Below are positions 8,701 to 22,673 of a DNA stretch of 64,000 nt, piece after piece. The notes below the pieces were generated by a model. It was not told where the DNA came from. It saw nothing but the letters and a program-made list of their open reading frames with translations, and did no database searches. The position numbers were made by a program, and so were the translations under genes. This stretch comes from Waddliaceae bacterium. GTDB lineage: Bacteria; Chlamydiota; Chlamydiia; Chlamydiales; SLFE01. The stretch covers positions 1 to 64,000 of the forward strand of contig CAWAPJ010000008.1 of the NCBI GenBank assembly GCA_963783885.1, read 5' to 3'. How positions within the stretch are numbered: position 1 is the stretch's first letter; the number at the start of each line of letters is the position of its first letter.

Positions 8701-8858
8701 CAATCCCATTCAAAATGAGTTTCTGTTCCTTTTTTATCTTTATGCGTTTTGAGCGTGCCATTTAAATTGTAAATCCATTGTTCAGAAGTTCCATCGGGAT
8801 ATGTGATTGAAGTAGGTTTTCCGAGAATATTGTAGGTTTTTTTTGTTTCCCTTCCCAA
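5754..8858 (-). CDS. Rhs/YD-repeat protein, C-terminal part with core and putative RNase toxin tip
   Basis: Many YD repeats, Rhs core, CT HWKDH..EF...LRYNPSTNTFGAYTKEGIPKTMFRP; same frame as 8910-10030 across a TAA. Confidence 0.9.
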   Translation of the reverse strand: MGRETKKTYNILGKPTSITYPDGTSEQWIYNLNGTLKTHKDKKGTETHFEWDCLKRLIGKTVISSDGEVLSKEAKTYKGSLLVSETDAAGVKTNYSYDGAGRKIAAEREGRLTTYEYDSLGRESVVKQWHDGNWIASVKIYDFCNQMIDEYREDSSGRIWGRVQTEYDETGNKISEIVHTDEGLSITKTEYNVLNQPTKIIDPLGYATYIDYNFEFRNEFGQRILQKTTVDPKGVQTVETYDVFDRVVRVEKKDPFGQMLSKVDKRFDFVGNLIQEEQTVITPGKDDRTIINLMEYNSANQLTCLIEAAGSNDQRITRYEYNDFGEKEKILKPNGIVLKYTYNALGLVEKLESLNAPEESAICYEYTYDMLKNLISVLDRINNFETQRRYNDHSEMIFEKLGNDLEIFYEKDCLGRTGKISFPYQKEVGYLYQGDHLLQAVYKTSQDEYYANYRYGISGKLKSIHQIGLAGRIGISYDLMGRETSQDSKYWLQSNLIYDETGNLISRDVTDQWGLNHCDYSYDKLDQLVSEEGMASHAYTHDSINNRIAYDGGEIAINDLNQVLTANGKTYAYDLAGNLILDSDSSYLYDALDRLITVIKNEEKYRYIYDSQNRRIAKQKYCKTTSGWSLESTTKFLYQGSCEVGSLEGDTFTSFRALGAGLSAEIGAAFALEIEGVVYAPTHDQSGSVIALVNAQTGDLVHAARYSAFGQVEKSHGLSPPYQFSSKRLDPETGWIYFGRRYYDSSLGRWTTCDPTGYSDGFNLYAYVHNNPLTHFDEYGLFDGYWDPTPEESAMFNAEAQLQGMKYGALQAGDFFFGCTYELGSSLHSEFWGDPNDPNRVIPISQRSFTEIGLLAGGTALELTGEKVWGACGRGVKFLGKKALKIPYVRKTAQVAMRTFDALWKTRKAAKAVQRATPQNTISAKIASVQKRFFGSSVDTKPIWSTTKSRSSVENAYKHWKDHCVEFPELRNSKEYLEKARELYFDPNVFNKTRVNGEMLRYNPSTNTFGAYTKEGIPKTMFRPEDGYLYWEVQ

Positions 8859-8909
8859 AGGATCTGTTACTTGTGTGACATTGCCGATGGGAATCGAAAT
8901 ACTGATGCT

Positions 8910-10030
8910 TTACGAGATAGGTTGAAGGCCATTTTCTCCAAGGGTATGGGGAAGAACTGTTGCAATGTTCCGGCCATAGCTGTCATATTTAGTAACCGTA
9001 CCTTCGCCAAATATATTTCTGGACAAAGTTCGATAACCCATTTGATTGTACTTATACGTTTCGACAAAAGAATTGTCCTGTCCATCACGAATTTCTTTTC
9101 TTATTGGCTGATCAAGAAAATTGTATTTATATAAGATAATTTGCCCCGGCTTGGGCCCTTCTTCGCAAATCATGTTCCCATAAATGTCATAGTTTCTCGT
9201 GATAACACGCCCTAAAGCATCCACTTCCCTGGTCATCTTGCCGAATCGATTGTACTCCCACTCCAGTGTATAGCAATAGTTGTCGTCTGCATCGTAAACC
9301 TCTTGCTTTGCCTGCCACCCCTCCCTAGTGTATTCATTCACTAATCGCTTTATCTGCTTTTCCTCTTCAAGGTCGAGATAAACTTCTCTTATCTCTACAG
9401 GAAACCCGATGCAAGGGGCATCTTTTTTCGGAGTGTAATACTTAATGATTCTATGGGTCATTCCTGTAAAATCATCTTCCATTTCAGAGCAGCCGTCATC
9501 GGCAATTTCTTTGATCAAAGTCGAGTTGTTGTCATATTCCATAAATTTTCTGTGAAGAATATTTCCGCTGTCTGTCACAAATTCCTGTGAACAAAGATCG
9601 GTATTGTTTTTATAGGCAAAAATAGTCGTCGTGTCGCCATCAGCGGAGGTAAGCATATTGTTGAATTTGTCATTTGAATAGGTGTATTCTTTAAAACAGG
9701 TTTCTAAAGAATCTCCGCAGCCGCTGAATCGCCCTGTTAAATCCTCTCGGATAACATTTCCGCGATCGTCATAAGTGTATTGATGCTTAAAAAGAGAACC
9801 TGACCAATCCCGCAGTTCTTTCCAGACAAGCCTCTCTTGACTCCATGCAAACACCTCTTGTTTCAACATACTCTTTTCGCAAACACCATGGATAATGTTT
9901 GTAATTTTTAAATTATCACCGTATACAAAGTTGCGCCGATAGCCCAAAGCGTCTGTAACAATTGTATTTCCCCTATAGAGTTGTCTGTTTTTTTCATCAT
10001 TGATTTTATATTCAAAATGATACTGATCGC
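8910..10030 (-). pseudogene. Rhs gene upstream fragment, cut by IS66 and ended by an in-frame TAA
   Basis: YD repeats; frame is open up to the IS66 end at 10031; TAA at 8910-8912 is in frame with the downstream Rhs ORF. Confidence 0.8.
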
Positions 10031-10037
10031 GTAAGCG

Positions 10038-11591
10038 TCATTTAAGCCCATCTGGAAAAATTATTCCAGATTCTTTAGAGATCGAGAGCCCCTTTGCCTT
10101 AGCCCAGCGATCGGGGAGAAGTTCGTACAGCTTGTTTGCGGGGTGATCCATTAAACTGCGCATGACATCTTCAAGATATTCGTGGGGATTAATGCCAAGT
10201 TCACGGCATGTTTGAATAAGGGAATATATGATTCCTGCTGCTTCCCCTCCATTAGCGCTTCCAAAAAAGAGCCAGTTTTTACGACCGATTGCCAAGGGAC
10301 GTATTGCTCGTTCGGCAACATTGTTATCAAGATGGGCAAAGGGTTTTTTGATATAGTTTTTAAGATGAGGAATAAGGTCGCAAAAATACTTCAACGCTGC
10401 CATTAGTTTTGATTTTGGGAGAATTTTATGGTCTTGAAGCTTTTTTTTCGCCTGTTTGATCATTTCGCTGATGATCGGCTCCTCATCTTCCCGCCGTATT
10501 TTTAATCGTTCTTCGGGGGATTTTTCCCAAGCGATTTTTTCATACTTGTAAAGCTCCTGAATTTGGGCTAAAAACCAATCTTTAAACTCTTTATCGCCGC
10601 TTTGGATATCGAAAAATTTACGACGAATGTGCGCCATGCAGGGGCACCAGGTATACTGCTTCATATTCGCAAGCGTTTCATAAGCTCCGTATTTATCGGA
10701 ATGAAGAGTCCCCTTGAAGCCTTTTAAAAGTTCTTTCGCGTTGCAATGCTTGCGGTTTTCGAAAAATTGATAAATCCGATAAGGCGGATCTTTTGTTTTT
10801 CCTCCAGCGAGCGCCCATACATAAGACTCTTTAGTTTTTCCTCTTCCGGGATCCAGCATCTTGACAGGAGTTTCATCCGCAAAAGCATTTTCACTTTCAA
10901 GAATTTTTGTTTTCATTAATGTATACAAGGGTTTTAAGGCGAGACCCGCTTTTACAACCCATGTGCAAAGGTTTTGCCGGCTTATCCTAACATCTTCCCT
11001 TGCGCGCATTTCACTTTGACGGTATAGAGGCAAGTGGTCGGCGTATTTCTTAACCATAATGTCTGCAAGCAGGCTTTCATCCGCAAAACAACGATCTAAT
11101 AATGAACCCGGAAGCGGCGCTATTGAAACTCCATGCTCAGGACGATCCGGAGAAACGTACTTGGGACGAACATACTTTTTAAGGTAATAGCTGGTGGGCT
11201 TGCAAGCAAGCTTATAGGTTACCTCTTCCCCCATTTTTACGAGAGGTTTTCCTGTTTCAGGGCATACTTTCTCCTCTTCGGGAATGTCGACAGGAATAAC
11301 TTCCGTTGGGATATCTTCGGGTAGAGTGATTTTGTCTTTTCCGTTTCTTTTCAGCTTTCGTCTTGTATGGGAAGAAACCGTTTTTTTCTCTTCTTTTTCT
11401 TCTCCTTGAAGATTACCGAAGCCATCGAATTCCAGTTGATTTTCATTCTGGGGGATGATCTTTTCAGAGCGTTTGTCAAATATCTGGCGCTTGAACCATT
11501 CCAGTTGTTCTTTGAAGTAATTGATCTCATTTTTGAGTTCTGAATTTTCTTTCTGAAGTTGTTCTATAGAAGGGTTTTGTATCGCTTTCAT
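10038..11591 (-). CDS. tnpC: IS66 transposase TnpC
   Basis: KYADHLPLYRQ, ADETP, CMAHIRRKF, DNNVAERAIRPLAIGRKNWLF motifs. Confidence 0.95.
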   Translation of the reverse strand: MKAIQNPSIEQLQKENSELKNEINYFKEQLEWFKRQIFDKRSEKIIPQNENQLEFDGFGNLQGEEKEEKKTVSSHTRRKLKRNGKDKITLPEDIPTEVIPVDIPEEEKVCPETGKPLVKMGEEVTYKLACKPTSYYLKKYVRPKYVSPDRPEHGVSIAPLPGSLLDRCFADESLLADIMVKKYADHLPLYRQSEMRAREDVRISRQNLCTWVVKAGLALKPLYTLMKTKILESENAFADETPVKMLDPGRGKTKESYVWALAGGKTKDPPYRIYQFFENRKHCNAKELLKGFKGTLHSDKYGAYETLANMKQYTWCPCMAHIRRKFFDIQSGDKEFKDWFLAQIQELYKYEKIAWEKSPEERLKIRREDEEPIISEMIKQAKKKLQDHKILPKSKLMAALKYFCDLIPHLKNYIKKPFAHLDNNVAERAIRPLAIGRKNWLFFGSANGGEAAGIIYSLIQTCRELGINPHEYLEDVMRSLMDHPANKLYELLPDRWAKAKGLSISKESGIIFPDGLK

Positions 11592-11635
11592 AGCCCATAT
11601 TTTACCAAAAAACACTCTCTAAAAAAAGGAAATAT

Positions 11636-11971
11636 TTAAGTTTTTTCGAGAAAAAATCGGGTGCTGATCCGTTTGGGAATAATGCCTTCAAGCATCATGA
11701 AAAAATCCCTCCTGTTCATGGCAATTTTTCCGGAAGCTTTAAGAGGAAAGCGCCCTTTTTCAAGGCGCTTATACCAGATCGCAAGACCGTCATTATCCCA
11801 GTAGAGCACTTTCATTTTATTGCGCTGGCGATTGAGAAAAACAAAGAAAGCACCTGATGTCGGCTCTTCCAAGGATTGCTCTATGATAGCGCATAAACCC
11901 TCGAAACTCTTTCTCATGTTAACCGGCTCGCCGAAGACAAAAATACGAGCATTTCCTGTAATTGTCAGCAT
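11636..11971 (-). CDS. tnpB: IS66 accessory protein TnpB
   Basis: NMRKSFEGL...KVLYWDNDG...KRLEKGRF. Confidence 0.92.
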   Translation of the reverse strand: MLTITGNARIFVFGEPVNMRKSFEGLCAIIEQSLEEPTSGAFFVFLNRQRNKMKVLYWDNDGLAIWYKRLEKGRFPLKASGKIAMNRRDFFMMLEGIIPKRISTRFFLEKT

Positions 11972-12282
11972 AGGTTTCCTAAAAGTTCCAGGCATCGAGC
12001 AAGCGTAGATTGGTCAAAGTTAGTTGAAAGATGGATGCGGCCTGCAGCCGTTTCGATAATGATTCCGGCATCGGGTCGACTCTCATCCTTTAATTCCAAG
12101 AATCCTTTCGGAGATGAAGGCTTCTTGCTTTGAGACCCCAGGAACCGTACTTTCCAATAAATGCTTTGAGAATAGATGAAATTATTTTCCCTGCTCCACT
12201 CAGCTAAAGACTTACCGCTAGCCTGCCATTGCTGGATTCTATCTTTCCAAGCCAAAGCTGTATCCGACAGTTCATCATGCAT
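11965..12282 (-). CDS. tnpA: IS66 accessory protein TnpA
   Basis: W..RIQQWQASGKSLAEW HTH-like segment, first ORF of the element. Confidence 0.8.
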   Translation of the reverse strand: MHDELSDTALAWKDRIQQWQASGKSLAEWSRENNFIYSQSIYWKVRFLGSQSKKPSSPKGFLELKDESRPDAGIIIETAAGRIHLSTNFDQSTLARCLELLGNLC

Positions 12283-12353
12283 ATTTTCCCTCCTCTTCTG
12301 TATCGAGTTTTGGGGAAAGAATAACTGGAAGGAAAATCAGAAAGAAGATGGGC

Positions 12354-12869
12354 TTAAATGACGATTACATCCCAGTCGACGATTAAAATATTTTTGATGT
12401 GATACTGTTTTTGCGCATATTTGGCTCCGATTGCAACATTGTTGAATAAGCAAAATCCTTCTCCTTTATCTCTGGAGGCGTGATGCCCTGGGGGTCTGAC
12501 AGCGCAAAATGCATTATCCGATTTTCCTGTCATAACGGCATCGACCGCTTCTAGCACCCCTCCCACAGCAAGTTTTGCCGTGTCATAAGATACTGGACAA
12601 ATAGGAGCATCGCCTGTTGTCAGCATTTGGGATCCATCGGCTCTGCTCGCTTTGGCTTCTCTTTCTACCAGTCTGATATACTCAGGACTGTGGCAAAGGG
12701 CGATTTCTTCTTCGGTAGCCATTCTGGGAGGTAAGAGATTGTTTTTATTTAGTAATCTTTCTTTTAGAAGGCGGCTTAGGATAACCTCTATCCTTTCCGG
12801 CCTCTCCGGATGACCCGGTCCGGTCAGATGTTTTTGATATCTTTCATCGGCTACGATCAATGTTTTCAT
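12354..12869 (-). pseudogene. Histone deacetylase-family protein, truncated by IS66
   Basis: HPERPER, RPPGHHA, GFCLFNN; broken at DWDV just before the expected HHGNG, with the last codons supplied by the IS end. Confidence 0.88.
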
Positions 12870-12917
12870 TTTCGAAATCCTCAGTTTTCTTTAATATAAC
12901 CATGAAGGAGAATAAAA

Positions 12918-14195
12918 ATGACACATCAGCCTAATACCAATTATTTATACCCCTTATTTACAGACGCTTTGACAAGACTCGACAAGGCCGCCAAACATGT
13001 TGATGTCTCCAACGAGACTTTGGAACTCTTGAAGAATCCGTATCGCGCCATACAAGTTGCCATACCGATAAAAAAAGATGATGGAACTCAAAAAATCTTC
13101 ACGGGTTTTCGTGTACAGCATAATCTCTTAAGAGGCCCTGCAAAAGGGGGTATTCGTTTCCATCCCTCTGTTTCTCTGGACGAGTGCATGGCTCTTTCCT
13201 TTTGGATGACATGCAAATGCGCGGCTCTCAATATTCCCTTAGGCGGAGGTAAAGGGGGGATAATCGTCAATCCCAAGGAGCTATCCCGCCTTGAGCTTGA
13301 ACGCTTGTCTCGAGGCTATATTCGGCAACTTGCCGATGTTTTGGGTCCCGATGTCGATATTCCCGCCCCCGACGTTTATACGAACGAACAAATTATGGCC
13401 TGGATGATGGATGAATATTCGACCATTGTCAGAAAATCTTGTCCCGCTGTCATTACCGGAAAGCCCCTTGCGATAGGAGGCTGCCAAGGCAGGGCCGCCG
13501 CAACAGGACAGGGAGCCTATTTTTGCGTCAAAACCCTCGATCAAAAATTTGACTGGGGCGGCTCGGGACATAAGACCGTTGCCATCCAGGGTTTTGGAAA
13601 CGCCGGGCAAAGTCTTGCTGCGTCGCTATTTAGAGACGGCTATCAAATAGTCGCTATCAGCGACTCCAAGGGTGCGGTTTATTCAGAGGGTGGTCTTGAC
13701 ATTCCTCGCTTAATCGAATGGAAGGGCGGTTTTAATAGCCTCGTCGATTTTCCTTCTCAAAAAGGGCACCGGTTGAAAAGGCTTTCTAATGGAGAGCTTC
13801 TGACTCTGGATGTCAGTCTCCTCGTCCCTGCAGCTTTAGAAAAGGTTATCACCAAAGACAATGCTGCCGACATTAAAGCAAGGACGATTTTAGAGCTTGC
13901 GAACGGACCGATAACATCCGAGGCCGACGAAATCCTGAATGCCAGAGATATTCATATAGTTCCAGATATACTTTCCAATGCAGGAGGAGTCGTCGTGAGT
14001 TATTTTGAGTGGATTCAGAATAGACAAGGCGAGTATTGGACTGAAGAAACCGTTAAAAGCAAACTTAAAGAAAAAATTACCGAAGAACTTGAGCAGATCT
14101 ACATGCTGAAGCATCAGCTCAATGTCGATGTCCGAACAGCCACCTATGCTTATGCACTTTTACGGCTCGACCAAGCCGCCAAGGTGATAAAATAA
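12918..14195 (+). CDS. gdhA: Glutamate dehydrogenase (Glu/Leu/Phe/Val family)
   Basis: [42 protein letters not shown]. Confidence 0.93.
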   Translation: MTHQPNTNYLYPLFTDALTRLDKAAKHVDVSNETLELLKNPYRAIQVAIPIKKDDGTQKIFTGFRVQHNLLRGPAKGGIRFHPSVSLDECMALSFWMTCKCAALNIPLGGGKGGIIVNPKELSRLELERLSRGYIRQLADVLGPDVDIPAPDVYTNEQIMAWMMDEYSTIVRKSCPAVITGKPLAIGGCQGRAAATGQGAYFCVKTLDQKFDWGGSGHKTVAIQGFGNAGQSLAASLFRDGYQIVAISDSKGAVYSEGGLDIPRLIEWKGGFNSLVDFPSQKGHRLKRLSNGELLTLDVSLLVPAALEKVITKDNAADIKARTILELANGPITSEADEILNARDIHIVPDILSNAGGVVVSYFEWIQNRQGEYWTEETVKSKLKEKITEELEQIYMLKHQLNVDVRTATYAYALLRLDQAAKVIK

Positions 14196-14269
14196 CTGCG
14201 CCCGTAACAGGCTAGATGGTTTATTCTAAGACCTATACGAAATTACTGTGATTTTTCGAAGAAAACCGC

Positions 14270-14299
14270 TTGCACGAAATGTCTTTTCTCTATTATATT
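14270..14299 (+). promoter_or_regulatory. Candidate rRNA operon promoter
   Basis: TTGCAC followed by a TATTATATT -10 region upstream of 16S. Confidence 0.4.
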
Positions 14300-14461
14300 T
14301 GGAGTTTCCTCAGCACAAAAGCTGATGAAAAGACCGGAGCTTGAAAGCACGGAAACGATGTTTTGACAGTATAGACAAGGTAATGTGTGTAATACGCGAA
14401 GTTTGTGCGATGGTTTAGTTACCGTCGTTTAAATTTTTTTATCAAGTTTTCAAAGTTTATT

Positions 14462-16017
<1,556 letters not shown>

Positions 16018-16297
16018 TAAGGACAAGTACGCATTTAGCTGTAGTACTAGGTTGAGACAAGCTGTTGATGTACATTATCTTTCTTTACTGCTGTCAAGCA
16101 GTTGTATGTTATCTTGGACAGTAAAGTCAGATAAGTTAAGATTCAAGTTGACAAGCATTATATTCACTGATAAGATATGTAAGTGAAGTAATCGTCTAAT
16201 AACGACGATATATCACTGATAGTAAATCGACGCTTGAGAATAACTATAATCATTATATAGGCAGCTAAAGCATGCTTACAATTTAGTAACAACTTTG

Positions 16298-19252
<2,955 letters not shown>

Positions 19253-19385
19253 CTTTTTTTTAAGCTAGTGGAAAAAACCGACTACGAGTTGTGTAGAAGA
19301 GACTTTAAGCGCTATTTTTTAATAAGAGGCTAGAGAACTACTCAAGCGTCGATTTTTGTTAGTGACATAAGATATAATCGATTTA

Positions 19386-19501
19386 TCTTGGTGGCAATAG
19401 AGAAGGGGAAATACCTGATCCCATCCCGAACTCAGAAGTCAAGCCCTTCATCGCCGATGGTACTGCACACAAGAGTGTGGAAGAGTAGGTCGCTGCCAGG
19501 T
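19386..19501 (+). rRNA. rrf: 5S rRNA
   Basis: CTTGGTGGC...CCCATCCCGAAC...GATGGTACTGC...GAGTAGGTCGCTGCCAGG. Confidence 0.95.
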
Positions 19502-19511
19502 TTTTTTTTGT

Positions 19512-19842
19512 AGTTTTGTAATTTGCCGTTTTAGTTCTTTGTGAAAGATGATCTAGCGGCCCATATTTTGCATTTGACTCCTCGCCAATAGCTGGCCCGC
19601 TTTTCTCACAATTTCTCGGACAATTTGGACAATCTGTTCACCGATTTTGCATAAAACTCTCGTCGGTCTAGTTTTTCAAACTATGCCACTCCTCGAGTTT
19701 TTGCAATCTCGGCAAACATCTTGCCCAACTTGCCTCGAGATCTTGTGATAAAAGGGGGCGGCTATTGCCTTCGTCGCCAAATTCAAAATCTGAATCACTA
19801 TCTCACCCCTCACAAAGAACTAAAACGGCAAATTACAAAACT
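19512..19842. repeat. 331-bp palindromic MITE-like element with 33-bp perfect terminal inverted repeats
   Basis: AGTTTTGTAATTTGCCGTTTTAGTTCTTTGTGA (19512-19544) and its reverse complement (19810-19842); interior is an imperfect long hairpin. Confidence 0.85.
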
Positions 19843-20066
19843 TTGCCTTGCAATCTGAGATCAGAGAGCAGAAATCAGAAATGTTTAGATGCTTACCTCT
19901 GAACTATTGCAAGACGTTTATTCAAAAGTTCTGTCAATTATCAAAAAGGTTTAGTCTCAACATTTCTTCTTTCTGCTCTCTTCTTGAAATGTGTTAGTGT
20001 AATAGGAGAAAAACATTGACATTCATTTTGCCTATTATTAATTTTCCAATTGTTAGGTGAAAAAAA

Positions 20067-20756
20067 TTGAATGGAGGATCCTTAAAAGTGCCAACACTTA
20101 ATGCAGCCCCATTTCCTTATGAGTTCGATATTGACCATATCGCACTTATTTGCATCGATATGCAGCGAGACTTTTGTCTGAGCGGTGGATTCGCCGAATC
20201 ACTAGGAAATAATATCAAGAATATCGCTCCCTGTATTCCAGTCATCGCCGAACTGCAAAAAGCATTCCGTAAGGCCGGCCTTCCGGTTATTCACACCAAA
20301 GAATGTCACAAGCCGGACCTTTCAGACCTTCCAACTGCCAAACGCAACCGAGGCAATCCCAAGATCAAAATTGGAGACCCCGGGCCAATGGGGCGGATCC
20401 TAATCGATGGGGAAGAAGGCTCTGACTTTATCCCTGAGCTGGCCCCTGCAAAAGGTGAGCTGGTTATCGCCAAACCGGGCAAAGATACATTTTACCGCAC
20501 AAACTTTTACGAATACCTCTCGACACGTCAGATCACCAATCTAGTGATCACCGGAGTGACGACCGAGGTCTGCGTGCAGACGACCATGCGTTGTGCAAAC
20601 GACCGCGGGTTTGACTGCTTGCTCATCGAAGACGGAACCGACAGCTACTTTCCAGAGTTTAAGGAGTCTACTCTCAAGCAGGTGAAGGCGCAGAATGGAA
20701 TTGTGGGCTGGACTTGCAAGGCAGCGTTGGTGCTAAAACTTCTAGAATCAATCTAA
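20067..20756 (+). CDS. Isochorismatase-family cysteine hydrolase, triuret/biuret amidohydrolase-like
   Basis: IDMQRDF, KPGK, GVTTEVCVQTTMR.ANDRG, Q.GIVGW; true start may be the GTG at 20088. Confidence 0.8.
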   Translation: MNGGSLKVPTLNAAPFPYEFDIDHIALICIDMQRDFCLSGGFAESLGNNIKNIAPCIPVIAELQKAFRKAGLPVIHTKECHKPDLSDLPTAKRNRGNPKIKIGDPGPMGRILIDGEEGSDFIPELAPAKGELVIAKPGKDTFYRTNFYEYLSTRQITNLVITGVTTEVCVQTTMRCANDRGFDCLLIEDGTDSYFPEFKESTLKQVKAQNGIVGWTCKAALVLKLLESI

Positions 20757-20850
20757 ACTTACATCACTGCAGAAGGGGATAAGACTGAAAAAGCCTGTCG
20801 ATTTTATTTTTCCACCATCAGAAACAGGCAGGGTCCCGTATTATCGGCTT

Positions 20851-21750
20851 GTGCTGCGTGGTGTTTCGCAGATTTGCTTTCAGACCAATGAGTTGACAGG
20901 ATTGTTCTTTCTGATTGCTGTTTTGATTGCCTCGCCCATCTCTTTTGCTTATCTATTAGTGGCGGCAACTCTGGGACCTGCCGGCAGGATGTTGTTGGGA
21001 GAACGGGAGGCAGTGCTCGCAACCGGTCTTCCTGGCCTCAATCCCAGTTTGATAGCACTGTCGCTTCCGGTTTTCTTCCAAACTGGCTGGACAAACATAG
21101 GTATGTGGATTGTTCTCGTTGTCTGCGTCTTAATCGCTGTCGTCTTAGTACGGATATGCATCGCTATCCTGCCGTTTCCAACGCTGGCTCTGCCCTTTCT
21201 GATCATATTCTGGATTCTTTACGCCCTAGAGCCTAAGCTTAGCTTTCTTCAACCTCTATCGTTCACAACTACTGCAAGCTCAGCATTTCATCCTTTGAGG
21301 GCGGTGCTCTATAGTTTGGGCCAAGCACTTTTTTCCGCAACCATCTGGTCGGGCTTATTATTTTTAATTGGCATGCTTCTGAGCAACTGGCGTCATGGCA
21401 TGATTGCTTTTTTTGGGGCTGTCATTGGGACAATGGTCTCTTATTATTATCGCGGCGTCAATCCGGCAAGCGCCGAACTGGGCCTCTATGGTTTTAATGG
21501 AGTTTTGACTGCCGTGTCGGTATTTGTTTATTGCGGCGGGCTTAGGCTTGCTATTTTGGGAGCTCTTCTTGCCACGATTTTTATGCCGGTGATTGCTGAC
21601 CTTATTATTCAACCTCTGACGGCGCCGTTCGTTTTCACGACCTGGCTGATGCTAGGACTTGGCTGGATTGAAGACCAATGGTTTGGTGTTCCTCCAGCTG
21701 CCGGAACGGATATTAGCAGCTCGTCAACTCAGAAACAAAATGGAGATTGA
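20851..21750 (+). CDS. Urea transporter (UT family)
   Basis: LRGVSQICFQ.N..TGL, GLNPSL, LPF, GLYGFNG, LTAPF; frame is open upstream to a CTG at 20785 with an SD. Confidence 0.82.
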   Translation: MLRGVSQICFQTNELTGLFFLIAVLIASPISFAYLLVAATLGPAGRMLLGEREAVLATGLPGLNPSLIALSLPVFFQTGWTNIGMWIVLVVCVLIAVVLVRICIAILPFPTLALPFLIIFWILYALEPKLSFLQPLSFTTTASSAFHPLRAVLYSLGQALFSATIWSGLLFLIGMLLSNWRHGMIAFFGAVIGTMVSYYYRGVNPASAELGLYGFNGVLTAVSVFVYCGGLRLAILGALLATIFMPVIADLIIQPLTAPFVFTTWLMLGLGWIEDQWFGVPPAAGTDISSSSTQKQNGD

Positions 21751-21753
21751 CTT

Positions 21754-22134
21754 ATGCCTTCCTTGCCCTCTTCGATAGTCATCACAAACCTTCTTGAACA
21801 AGCGAAAAAGCTGCAGGCGACGGACGATTGGAAGCCGTTCAGGCCTGGAGTGACTGCTCACTGGCTCTATAACGAAGGTGAAGGCCAGGCCGCAGCGGTG
21901 TTGCTGCGTTACGAGGCGGGAGCTCGCGTTATGCTGCACGAACACATCGGCTATGAGCATATGTATGTTCTTGAAGGCGATCAGTATGATGAGAACGGTT
22001 CGTATCCTGCCGGCAGCTTTGTCGTTCATCCCCCTGGAACTAGGCACTCTCCAGGCAGTGCTAAAGGCTGCATCGCACTGTTGATATATGAAAAGGGTGT
22101 CCGCTTTATAGAAAAAGAAGGCGTTGTTGCATAA
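21754..22134 (+). CDS. Cupin-domain protein (ChrR-like)
   Basis: LLRYEAGA...HEHIGYEH.YVLEG...PPGTRHSP; last four codons and stop come from the IS end. Confidence 0.85.
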   Translation: MPSLPSSIVITNLLEQAKKLQATDDWKPFRPGVTAHWLYNEGEGQAAAVLLRYEAGARVMLHEHIGYEHMYVLEGDQYDENGSYPAGSFVVHPPGTRHSPGSAKGCIALLIYEKGVRFIEKEGVVA

Positions 22135-22181
22135 ATCACCACTGAGACCACCGAGCTCACTGAGAGATTATGAGAGAGGAA

Positions 22182-22589
22182 TTAAATGATTAGACGCCTA
22201 ATCCCATTTTTTAGAAGTTTTACATTGAAATTGATGAGCAAACCTCTGCCACCGCCATTATGCTTAAGATAGGATAGAAGTTGGGCCTCATGAACAGGCA
22301 AGAGATTGGCCACAGATTTTATCTCCAAAATAACCTTATCTTCCACTATCATATCGATCCGGTAGCCTGAGTCTAGCTTTTTATCACGATAAATAATAGG
22401 TACTGGTATCTGCCGGTTAACTTTCAAACCCGCAAGGTTCAACTCGTAGCAAAGACAAGTTTCGTATGTCGATTCAAGCAAGCCTGGACCTAATCTTCGA
22501 TGAACTTCAATCGCAGCACCTATGATTTCCCCTGTTAAAAGGTCATTTCTTTTTTGGTTGGCTTCTTCAGTTGTGTGGGTACTAGTCAT
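22182..22589 (-). CDS. GxxExxY protein (PD-(D/E)XK nuclease superfamily)
   Basis: LGPGLLESTYE...YRIDMIVEDKVILEIKSV...HEAQLLSYLK...GLLINF. Confidence 0.92.
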   Translation of the reverse strand: MTSTHTTEEANQKRNDLLTGEIIGAAIEVHRRLGPGLLESTYETCLCYELNLAGLKVNRQIPVPIIYRDKKLDSGYRIDMIVEDKVILEIKSVANLLPVHEAQLLSYLKHNGGGRGLLINFNVKLLKNGIRRLII

Positions 22590-22673
22590 CTTTTCTCCAA
22601 AAAGGGCGAATGCGAGCTTGCCGACAAATACCTAATACTCTAATTTTTAGTTGCAACAAATTGGAGGATCAAG

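Larger units (their letters stand above)
10031..12368 (-). mobile_element. IS66-family insertion sequence
   Basis: 23-bp terminal IRs GTAA(G/T)CGTCATTTAAGCCCATCT; tnpA-tnpB-tnpC organisation; no matching TSD. Confidence 0.95.

Noticed and set aside
16018-16297. tRNA in the 16S-23S spacer
   Set aside because: No cloverleaf or TTCGA arm; the spacer carries only processing-stem sequence pairing with 19340-19370
19843-20066. Guanidine or other riboswitch ahead of the hydrolase-urea transporter cluster
   Set aside because: No recognisable conserved riboswitch motif in this AT-rich leader
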